Part shown: piece by piece, positions 54,126 to 64,000 of the stretch | How positions within the stretch are numbered: the stretch's first letter is position 1 | Layout: each line of letters begins with the position of its first letter | Origin: an uncultured Phycisphaerales bacterium | GTDB lineage: Bacteria; Planctomycetota; Phycisphaerae; Tepidisphaerales; Tepidisphaeraceae | Length of the DNA: 64,000 nt | NCBI GenBank assembly: GCA_963844715.1 | Contig: CAWJPJ010000006.1 | Location: forward strand, 960,001 to 1,024,000 | Reading direction: 5' to 3' | Notes under the pieces: model-generated | The model's database searches: none | The model's input: only the letters and a program-made list of their open reading frames with translations | Told to the model about the DNA's origin: nothing | Position numbers and translations under genes: made by a program

Positions 54126-56559
54126 ATCACAAATCATCGAACGCTCTCCCGCTGCGACGATCATTCGCACCGCCGGCAACGGCCAGCAATTGACCGTTCC
54201 CAATCTCCTCCCCATCCTCCCCATCCGCAACATCGTCGTCTTCCCCGGCACCGTCATGCCCCTCAACGTCGGTCGCCAAAAAAGCAAAAATCTCCTCGAC
54301 GAAGTCATGCCCGGAGAAAAGCTGATCGGCGTCGTCACCCAAAAGAACGCCGAGGTCGAAGACCCCAAGTTCGAAGACCTGCACGGCGTCGGCGTCGCCT
54401 GCATGATCCTCAAGCTCTTCAAGCTCCCCGATGGAAACCAGTCCATCATCGTCCACGGCCTGGTGCGATTCCGCCTCCTCGGCATCGAGCAAACCGAACC
54501 CTTCGCCATGGGACGCATCGAGGTCCTGGAAGACGAAGTCGAACTCGGCCCCGGTATCGACGCCCTCATGGCGTCGGTTCGCCAGCAGGCAAATCGCGTC
54601 ATCGAACTATCCCCCAACACGCCCGACGAAGCCGCCCAGGTCCTCAACAGCATCACCACGCCCTCCGCCCTGGCCGATTTCCTCGCCGCCAATCTCCCCG
54701 TCGAAAAGGGCGACATCGCCGAAAAGCAGCGCACTCCTCGACGAGCTCGACGTCGAAAAGCGACTGCGCATAATCGCCACCCGCCTGGCCACGCAGTTGG
54801 ACGTCCTGGAATTGCAAACCAAGATCCAATCGCAGGTCAAGGAAAACATCGACAAGAGCCAGCGCCGCTACTATCTGCAGGAGCAGCTCAAGGCCATCCG
54901 CAAGGAACTCGGCGAAAGCGAAGCGGCGCGGCGGCGAGCGAATTGGAAACCCTCCGCACCCGCCTCGAAGCCGCCAAGCTCCCCGAAGCCGTCATGAAGG
55001 AGGCGGTCCGCGAACTCAACCGCCTCGAGTCCATCCCCAGCGCCAGCCCCGAATACGGCGTCATCCGCACCTATCTCCAGATTCTCAGCGAACTCCCCTG
55101 GTCCATCGAGACCGTCGACAAGATCGATCTCACCGAAGCCCGCAAAATCCTCGATCGCGATCATCACGATCTGGAAAAGGTCAAACGCCGCATCATCGAA
55201 TACCTCGCCGTCCGCAAGCTCAAGCCCGACGGCGGCGGCGCGATCCTCTGCTTCGTCGGCCCGCCCGGCGTCGGCAAAACCTCGCTCGGCAAAAGCATCG
55301 CCGAGGCCATGGGCCGAAAATTCATCCGCGTCGCCCTCGGCGGCGTCCGCGACGAAGCCGACATCCGCGGCCATCGCCGCACCTACATCGGCTCCATGCC
55401 CGGCCGAATCATCGCCGAGCTCCGCAAGGCCGGCACCCGCAACCCCGTCATGATGCTCGATGAAATCGACAAACTCGGCGCCGATTTCCGCGGCGATCCC
55501 GCCTCCGCCCTCCTCGAAGTTCTCGACCCGGCGCAAAACCACACCTTCACCGATCACTACCTCGACGTCCCCTTCGATCTCTCCCACGTTCTCTTCATCG
55601 CCACCGCCAACACCATGGACACCGTCCCCGGCCCCCTGCGCGACCGCATGGAAGTCATCGAAATCCCCGGCTACACCAACAGCGACAAACTCAACATCGC
55701 CCGCAGATACCTCGTCCCGCGCCAGCTCGAAGCCAACGGCTTCTCAAAGCAAACAGGCAACCTTCACCAGCGACCCGCCCTCAAGTGGATCATCGAGGGA
55801 TACACCCGCGAAGCCGGCGTGCGAAACCTCGAGCGCACCATCGGCTCCGTCGCCCGCGCCATCGCCGCCGACATCGTCGAGGGCAAGACCGACAAAGTCG
55901 TCGTCGATCGCGAACGCGTCAGCAAAATCCTCGGCCCCCGAAGATTCGACCCCGAACTCGCCAGCCGCACCAGCGTCCCCGGCGTCGCCACCGGCATGGC
56001 CTACACCCCGTCGGCGGCGAAATCCTCTTCATCGAAGCCACCCGCATGCCCGGCAAGGGCAACATCACCCTCACCGGCCAGATCGGCGACGTCATGAAAG
56101 AATCCGCCACCGCCGCCTATAGCCTCATCCGCTCCCGCGCCAGCGCCCTCGGCATCGATGCCCAAGCTCCTCGCCGAAAGCGACATTCACATTCACGTCC
56201 CCGCCGGCGCCGTCCCCAAGGACGGCCCCAGCGCCGGCGTCGCCATGTTCACCGCCCTGGCCTCGCTCATGCTCAATCGCCCCGTCCGTCACGACGTCGC
56301 CATGACCGGCGAAATCACCCTGCGCGGCTTGGTCCTCCCCATCGGCGGCCTCAAGGAAAAAACCCTCGCCGCCAGACGCGCCGGCATCAGCCAGGTCATC
56401 GTCCCCAAACGCAACGAAAAAGACATGGTCGACATCCCCCCGGAAGTGCGCAAGACCCTCAAATTTCACTTCGTCGAGAATATCGACGAAGCTATGAAAT
56501 TTGCCCTCGGCCCCACCGCCAAAATAAAGAAATCGCCCAAGCGACCGCAGAAAGTCTGA
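54118..56559 (+). CDS. lon: ATP-dependent Lon protease (several indels)
   Basis: [56 protein letters not shown]. Confidence 0.95.
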
Positions 56560-56567
56560 ATAAGGAT

Positions 56568-56928
56568 ATGGCTTCGGATTACCTCATCACGCGCATCGAC
56601 AAAGCGACGATCGTCGAGTTTCAAATCCCGTCCCTCATGGACCCCCCTCAATTGGAACTCATCAACTCGCGGCTAAGCACCCTCGTCGACGAAATGGACC
56701 GGCGACTGCTCATCCTCGACTTTTCCAGAGTGCAATACCTCTCCAGCCAGGCGATCGGCATCGTCATCACCCTGCATCGCAAGCTCAGCGCCCTGCCGCA
56801 CAGCAAACTGATTCTCTGCGGCGTCAATTCCAAGCTCGCCGAATTGCTCCGCATCACGCCGCCTTGATCGCGTCCTGACCGTCAAACCCACGCAATCCGA
56901 AGCCGTAAAAGCCACCGTCCTGGTTTAG
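56568..56928 (+). CDS. STAS-domain anti-sigma-factor antagonist (indel ~56859)
   Basis: [31 protein letters not shown]. Confidence 0.85.
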
Positions 56929-56952
56929 AAACCATTCACGCGGGAGGACCCC

Positions 56953-57404
56953 ATGTCCAACGTCCGCACGGCCACTCAATTCAGCGTATTCCTGGTCAAC
57001 AAGCCCGGCGTCCTCGCTCAAGTCACCGGGGCCCTGGCTCACGACAAAATTAACATCGCCGCCATGACCCTGGTCGACTCCCAGGAGCACGGCGTCCTCC
57101 GCATGGTGGTCGAAAACCCGGCCGCCGCCGAGCCGTCCTCAAGGATCTGAATCTCCCAGTAACCGAAACCGATGTGTTGTGCCTCGAATTATCAAACAAC
57201 CCCGGCGCCCTCTCCGACGTAGCCACCCTATTAGGCGAAAATCATATCAACATTAATTATGCATATGCCACCGGCGGCGCTCCCGGCGGCAAAACCACCG
57301 GAATCTTCAAAGTCGCCGACCCCGCCAAAGCCCAGCGCGTCCTCCCCAAAAAGGATTCCAAACACAAAGAACCCGACCTCCACCGCGGCCGCCGCACTCG
57401 ATAG
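56953..57404 (+). CDS. Double ACT-domain protein (indel ~57130)
   Basis: QFSVFLVNKPGVL..INI and NNPGAL..ININYAYA. Confidence 0.85.
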
Positions 57405-57426
57405 TCGACGGCTCTCCGCTCTTACC

Positions 57427-57544
57427 CCCTCTCCATGTACTCAGGGAGAGGGCAGGGGTGAGGGTGGTTTTTCATTCGACTCAAGAATTTCGTCGCCGGC
57501 GAAGAACCCTCACCCTATCCCTCTCCCTGAGTACATGGAGAGGG
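57427..57544. repeat. Palindromic MITE/REP-like element, 39-bp inverted arms, 40-bp spacer
   Basis: 57427-57465 matches the reverse complement of 57506-57544 at 36/39; each arm has an internal CCCTCTCC..GGAGAGGG hairpin. Confidence 0.85.
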
Positions 57545-57574
57545 AACCAGAACAAAAGGAACAACAAGCCGTAA

Positions 57575-57603
57575 TTGACGCCCCCAATCCCCCCGCGTAG
57601 AGT
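57575..57603 (+). promoter_or_regulatory. Sigma70-type promoter of the ABC operon
   Basis: TTGACG-17 nt-TAGAGT, 9 nt before ATG 57613. Confidence 0.6.
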
Positions 57604-57612
57604 CGATCTACA

Positions 57613-60054
57613 ATGCGCCGGCTCTGGGCGGGGCTGATTCTTTTGCTTTTTCCATCCGCGGCTTTGGCACAAGTCCAGGGTCAGGTTCTCTTTATTGGTT
57701 TCAACAATCATTACCGTCCCGATTGTTGGACCCCCATGCTCGTCCAGCTCTCCGGACAAAGCGATTCCTCCACCACCTACCAGATTCAGATCGTTCAGGA
57801 CGATCTCGACCGCGATCGCGTCATTTTTACTCAGGACGTAAACTTCGGCGGCACCAGCGAAGGCAAGACCAACGCCGCCGAAAACTTCTGGGTCTATTTC
57901 AAACCAAAGCCCACCGATGAGGGCCTCCCCGACGCGACCAACCTCGCCACCAATCTCAACACCCTCAACGACGAACTAAAAGTCTTCCTCTGCGACAAAG
58001 ACGGCAAGCAGCTTACGCACCTCCCGATCACGTCGACCATCCTCAACGACGACCCCGTCCGCGGTCTGGGCGACACCACGCGCAGGCAGAAAACTCGTTC
58101 TCTTCGTCACCGACGGCGCCGATCGCCCCATCATCCCGGATTATTCCCAGCTCGCAGGCGTAATGGAGGACGTCGACGCCGTAATCGTTCACCCCTCGGA
58201 CCTACCCACCAGCGTCCTCGGCTACGACGCCGTCGATGCGATCGTCTGGATGGACGCCGATGCCAACTTCCTCATCTCCGGCACCCGAACCCCCGCCCTC
58301 GAGGCCATCGTCCAGTGGATTCATCAAGGCGGACACCTCGTCGTCTGCCAACCCGCCGAGGTAAACAAGGTAAAACCCTTCGCCGATCTTCTCCCCGTCG
58401 GCGAAATGGACGGCGACCGCTGGACAATTCCCGTAACCGACCGATCCGATCCCCAGGCCCTCCTGAACATTCTGGAATACAAGCAATCGAACGCCTGGGC
58501 CGATGGTCTCCCGCCGCTGAAAGTAGCCCGAGTCCTCGCCCGCCCCGATGCCAAAATCGACCAGTGGATGACTTGGAAAGACGGCAACCCAAGCCCAACC
58601 CCCTGGCTGGCCCGCCGCGGCGTCGGACTCGGCGGTATGTCACCTGGGTCGCCCAGGATTTGGGAAACGTGGCCCTTACCGATCATCTCCGCCACGGCTG
58701 GCGCATATCTGGGATCGCGTCTTCGCCTGGAACAACGCGCAAGACGTCCCCGAGGATTACAAACCCCCCACCGACACCGACGACCCCTGGAAACCCAGCG
58801 AAGGCCTCGACCTCGGCAGAACCCTCCTCCAAGGCATGGACATGACCGGAAAAGCCGCCGCCTACGTCTTCATCGCCGTCTTCTTCTTTTTTATCTACTG
58901 GCTCGTCGCCGCCCTCGGCCTGCACCTCTACCTCGAAGTTCGCGGCAAAACTGAACTGAGCTGGTTCCTCTTCGCCGCCAGCGCGCCTGGGCGGAACGGT
59001 CGTAACCATTCTATTGGTAAAATTGCTCCTCCGCGGCCCCCCCGAACTCAAGCATATCAGCGTCGTTCGCGATGCCGCCGACGATCCCGTCGCAGTCATC
59101 GACTCGCGACTTCGGCCTCTACATCCCCCAGGACGGCGACAAAAAAATCGATCTTCTCGACACCGCCGAGGGCCAAACCAGCACCATCACTCCCTTTGCG
59201 ATCAATCCGCAATACGTCCAAAACGAGGACATCCTCCCCGCTTACCTCGAGTATGAAATCCCCGTCGGCCAGCCGCTCGACGCCGATTCCGTCTCCATCA
59301 CCGTTCCCTATCGCAGCAGCTCCAAGAAACTCCAAACCCACTGGATCGGAAAGATCGACAACCCCATCTGCGTCCCCGCCGGCATGCCCGACATCAAACT
59401 CGTCCCCCCCGGCGACGGCGGTTATATCGACGGAAATCTCGTCAACCTCACCGGCTTTGATTTACGCGGCGTCTATCTCGCATTCTTGGAACCGCCCGGC
59501 GGTAACTACGACGCAATGAGTTCCCAGGACCAAACCTGGATAATTTTTGTCCCCGCCTGGCCAAAAGGCGCCAACTCAATCTCAAAACTCTGACCGCCAA
59601 AAGCAATATCATGCGCCTCGACGATCCCAACGGCCGCCACCCCGGCGGGTCCAGCCCGGTTTTCGGTCGACTCGAACGAGGCGTCGATTGGGCCCGCTAT
59701 TGGCAGAACGAGCAGGATTCCCTCAAAGACCATCCCGAAATGGCCATCCCCATGATGGCCTTCTTCGAGCAAATCCCTCCCTGGCGTTTCAGCGAAGATG
59801 AGCACGCGCGATTCGAACTCTACCGCCGCGGCGGCCGCGGACTCGATCTTTCCGCCGCCCTGGCCGCCGGCCGCCTCATCGTCTGCGGCACCGAAGAAGT
59901 CGACGGCGACACCACCAAGACCCCCCTGCCCGTCCCCCTGCTTGTCTCGGATGTCCCCGTGCAGGGAAATGGAACGACGATCGTAATGTATGTTCTCCCC
60001 CTGGATCGCTCTGCCGTTACGGCTCCCCCAACAACCGAGCCGTCGAATCAGTAG
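57613..60054 (+). CDS. Large exported/membrane accessory protein of ABC-2 operon (~810 aa, ~6 indels)
   Basis: Signal peptide (..SAALA), GFNNHYRPDCWTP, GATase-like LPTSVLGYDAVDAIVW..QWIHQGGHLVV, two TMs; coding signal continues across frames. Confidence 0.65.
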
Positions 60055-60066
60055 AATTGGAACCCC

Positions 60067-61005
60067 ATGGCCGCAGTCGTCATCAAAACGGTCAATCTCA
60101 CCAAGCGTTACGGAACCCTCGTCGCGCTCTCCAATCTCAATCTCGAGATCAGCGAGGGAGACTGCTTCGGTTTCATCGGCCCCAACGGCGCCGGAAAACA
60201 ACGACCATCAAAATTCTCGCCACTCTTCTCCAGCCGACCTGGGGAGAAGCACGAGTCTGCGACTATGTTGTCGGCTATCAATCCCGATCCATCCGCCCAC
60301 TGATCGGCTACGTCCCCGATTACTTCGGCGCATACGAAGACATGGTCGTGCAGGAATATCTCGAATTCTTCGCCGCCGCCTACAACATCAACGGCGCCCA
60401 GCCGCACCAAGATCGTCAACGACGTACTGGAACTCACCGATCTCGGCTACAAGCGCGACGCCGCCGTCGACGGCCTCTCGCGCGGAATGAAGCAGCGCCT
60501 CTCCATCGCCCGCGTCCTCGTCCACGATCCCAAAGTCCTCCTCCTCGACGAGCCCGCCGGAAATCTCGACCCCCGCGCCCGCATCGAAATGCGCGAGCTT
60601 CTCAAGGAACTCCGCCGCATGGGAAAAACGATCCTCATCTCATCCCACATCCTCCCCGAACTGGCGGACCTGTGTAACACCGTCGGCATCATCGAACAGG
60701 GCGAACTGCTCTACAGCGGCCCCGTCGCCGAAATCGTCCGCAAGGCCAGCAGCGGCACGATCGTCCTCGTCGGCGTCACCCGCGCCCCGGAACAAGCCGC
60801 CGCCATCCTCTTGAAAAATCCCAATATCGATTCCGTCGCCGCCCAAAATGGATTTTTGAAAGTGAGCCTCAAATCCGGCGTCTCCGATTTTAGCTTCATC
60901 CCCGCCCAGCTCATCGCCGCGGGATTTGCGGTCAATCTCCTCAAGGAAGAAGAAGTGAATCTCGAAACCGCCTTCATGCGCCTCACCAAAGGGATCGTGC
61001 AGTAA
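60067..61005 (+). CDS. ABC transporter ATP-binding protein (two indels)
   Basis: GPNGAGKTT, LSRGMKQR, LLLDEP, SSH. Confidence 0.92.
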
Positions 61006-61009
61006 CACC

Positions 61010-63098
61010 ATGCTCGGCATCACCGATTATTTCTGGCGCCTCCTGCCCGGAAACCCCATCCTGCTCCGCGTCGTGCAGTCCGGCGGGAAAAAACGCCGCG
61101 ACGCTTTCATCCGCTGCGGATACCTCGGCCTCCTCGTCATTCTCGTCACCTACATTCTCTCCACCAGCGGCACCTCCTACGGCTCCAGCGACATGGCGGC
61201 CCTCACCAAGGACTCCGCCCAAATCTTCCAGTACATGTCCTATCTCCAACTCGCCCTCGTCGCCCTTCTCTCCCCCGTCTTCACCGCCGGCGCAATCACT
61301 CAGGAGCACGACAGCCAAACCTACGATATTCTCCTCGCCACCCCCCTCACCAACGGCCAGATCGTCCTCGGCTCACTCCTCAGCCGCGTCTTCTTCGTCG
61401 TCGCCCTCCTTGTCAGCGGCATCCCCATCTTTTCCATCACCCAAATCTTCGGCGGCGTCGCCATCAAGAGCATCATCTACAGCTTCCTCATCGCCGCCAG
61501 CACCGCCCTCGTCACCGGCGCCATGGCCATGGCGATCGCCACCCTCAAGGTAGGCACCCGCAGAACCATCTTCAGCTTCTACCTCTTCATCGTGATCTAT
61601 CTCGTCGGCCTCTACCTCCTGGACAAAGTCGATTTCCTGCATCTGCACTATGTAGATTCCGCCGGCAACGCCCACACCACGCAAACCAGTTGGATCACCG
61701 GCCTCCACCCCTTCCTGGCCCTGCGCGTCATCTTCAACGACGCCCAATACCTGCCCCCAAATCTCGCCGACCTTCCCCCGCAATGGCAAAGCTGGCCCTG
61801 GGGTTGGTACTGGACCAGCCCCGCCACTTTCTATTTTTCCTTCATGATCTTCGCCAGCATCGCCCTCGTCCTCCCGTCGATTCTGCTCCTCCGCCGCCTG
61901 GCTCAATCCACCTCCGGCTTCAAATCCTGGGCCTGGCAAAAAATCCGCCAATCCGTGGGTGCGTCCGCCGTCGCGGCCCGAAAGCCCCGCTCCGTCTGGT
62001 TTAACCCCATCGCCTGGCGCGAGGCGCACACCAAATCCTCCGTCGCCCGCGCCACCTTCCTCCGCTACGGCTTCATTCTTCTCGGAATGACCGGCGCCAT
62101 CGTCCTCCTCGTCCTCCACTCCACCGAAGGCACTCCCCATCAATTCATCAACAACGGCTTTGACCCCGCGCAACACCCTCTTCATCGACGGCGACACCAA
62201 ACAAGACCTCCCCATCAGCAACAGCGTCATCATAAAAATCGGCGACCGCGACGGCTCCCCCGACGATCTCAGCGGCAAATACGAAGTCAAAGACATCTCC
62301 CAAGGCGCCAACAACGTCATCACCCAGATCGACCTGAAAGAATTCCCGAGAGAATTGGATTCCGATCAAACCCGCAAATGGCTCCTCGGAATCACCATCC
62401 TCGAATTCTCGGTCATTCTCCTCATCATCACCAACGCCGCCGCCAGCACCGTCACCCGCGAAAAAGAGGACGGCACCCTCGATCTCCTCCTCAGCACCCC
62501 CATCACCAGCCGCTATTACATCTGGGGCAAACTCCGCGGCCTGGTCAGCTTCGTCCTACCCCTCCTGGCCGTCCCCGTCTTCGGCTGCTTCCTCTTCATC
62601 TCCCACGATCTCCTGCGCTGGCTCGCCGAGGGCGATTCAAAATTCCAATGGATCGTCTTCCCCGAGGCCCTGCTGATGATGCCGTCGATGCTCATCATCG
62701 TGTGCGCCTTCGCGGCCATCTTGGGAATGCAAATGTCCCTCCGCTGCCGCACCACCGTCCGCGCCGTAATGAGCAGCGTAGGAATCATCGTCGGCGCCTG
62801 CGCCCTCATGGGCTGGTGCGGCGACGGCCTCCTCAACAGCCGAGCCGCCGTCCCGGAAATGAGCGTCGCCGCCGCCGTCTTCAGCCCCTTCACCATGATT
62901 ACCCTTTTGATCGACCCATACGATTTCGGCGGCCGCGCCTTCGACCCCCTCATCGCCGACGCCGACCCCACCGGCGCGAGAGTCACCGCCTTCATCATGT
63001 GCATCGCCGCCATCGCCGCCTACGCGCTGCTGGTCTGGTCCATGTACCGATCCATGGTCAAGAATTTCGACATGACCATCCGCAAACAAGCCAGATGA
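61010..63098 (+). CDS. ABC-2 type permease with two tandem membrane domains (indel ~62170)
   Basis: AITQEHDSQTYDILLATP and TVTREKEDGTLDLLLSTP motifs, NPI motifs, many TMs. Confidence 0.85.
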
Positions 63099-63212
63099 TC
63101 CGGCTTACACCTCTTACCCCCGGCCCCTCCGATAGTTCCGGCACGGCCGGCCAGGGTTAGCGGCCGCCGCGAAAATCAACTGCGATCCGCATAAAGTCAC
63201 GGACAGGCGATT

Positions 63213-63321
63213 GACCTAATGACCTCTAAAGGGGACCTCTAAGGACCTCTTCTTCTAAAGGGAACGCACCTTTTTCGCGAAACCTACTAAAAACCCTAAT
63301 AAAGGGGACGTACCTCTTTTT
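63213..63321. repeat. Intergenic stutter repeats and two AAAGGG..ACCT..TTTT hairpins
   Basis: GACCT(CTAA) four times; aaagggaacgcaccttttt and aaaggggacgtacctcttttt. Confidence 0.55.
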
Positions 63322-63431
63322 GCAACTTCAGTCTCCTCGCGACGCCCGGCCGTCACGAATATCGTCACCGATAAGCAATTAAAAATGCATCGATCAGCAA
63401 AACGATTACAACGCAAATCAAGAGCCCTCCC

Positions 63432-64000
63432 CTATCGCCGCAGCCCATCCGTCTCCGCGGCCAGCAGCAGCGTCGCCAGCGCCATGGATGACAAGCTGAT
63501 GATCAGCCCGATCTTCAGCCACGATCTGAAATAGATCGTCCCGTGTCCCCGTTTGTCCGCCATCCCGCAGGCAATGATATTGCATGTCGACCCGATGCTC
63601 GTCATGTTCCCCATGAACGTCGCCCCAAAGAGCATGAGCCAATAAACCGCGTCCGGGCACACCGCCCCGTGCGCTTTCAGATCCGCCACGATCGGGATAA
63701 ACGCCGCGATAGCCAGCAAATTCGCCACGAACGCGCTCAGCAAGCCTGTGGACCACCCCACCGCCAGCACCAGCGCCGCCGGGCGCCCGCCCGATGTCCG
63801 CAGCAGTTGCCGGGCGATGACCGCCGTCACGCCCGATGCCTGCATCGCCCCCACGACGATGAACAGCGCCGTGAAAAATGCCAGCGTCCCCCAGTCGATG
63901 CGGTGCCGCAGGACCGCCTTGGCGTCCGAGCCCGACATGACCAGCGCGATCAACCCGGCCCCCACCGACGCCGCCAGGAGCACCATATCCGCCGGCAAAC
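63432..64000 (-). CDS. ArsB/NhaD/SLC13 (IT superfamily) permease, 3' part
   Basis: IDWGTLAFF..LFIVVG, LSAFVAN, FGATFMGNMTSIGS..NII; runs off the window edge. Confidence 0.85.
   Translation of the reverse strand, partial: LPADMVLLAASVGAGLIALVMSGSDAKAVLRHRIDWGTLAFFTALFIVVGAMQASGVTAVIARQLLRTSGGRPAALVLAVGWSTGLLSAFVANLLAIAAFIPIVADLKAHGAVCPDAVYWLMLFGATFMGNMTSIGSTCNIIACGMADKRGHGTIYFRSWLKIGLIISLSSMALATLLLAAETDGLRR

Noticed and set aside
1949..63098. Mass pseudogenisation or programmed frameshifting
   Set aside because: Breaks hit housekeeping genes (cmk, lon, sat), are single-base indels with otherwise intact motifs, and lack slippery-site structure; sequencing error is more economical.

Overview
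High-GC bacterial chromosomal segment. Planctomycetota (Phycisphaerae/Tepidisphaerales-like) origin is inferred from LExRxLL N-terminal export motifs and gene content. Many genes are split by single-base indels that I read as long-read errors, not pseudogenes; most breaks fall at or next to GCGC, suggesting a DNA-methylation footprint. Layout: (1) 1-8 kb, glycosyltransferase and Maf/DUF115-like glycosylation genes. (2) 8.0-13.3 kb, an integrase-less island at the 3' end of tRNA-Pro(CGG), made of two tandem att-bounded cassettes (gad+MFS; TetR+extended SDR) with tRNA-like shadow sequences and a probable recombinase C-terminal relic. (3) Cyclophilin, TPR-GT41, TPR-GT9, plsC, cmk. (4) An exported beta-helix protein with a 135-aa Ser/Gly repeat, convergent with a ~29 kb minus-strand polysaccharide operon. 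The operon is headed by an UpxY/NusG-type antiterminator and contains Wzc, a priming transferase, Wzm/Wzt, WbpB/D/E-like enzymes, many GTs, a Wzy/O-antigen-ligase-like protein and a terminal beta-helix-TM-deacetylase-like fusion. (5) sat, RskA-like, Hsp20-lon-STAS-ACT, a MITE/REP-like palindrome, an ABC-2 operon and a partial ArsB/NhaD transporter. All calls come from motif reading; no database searches were run.
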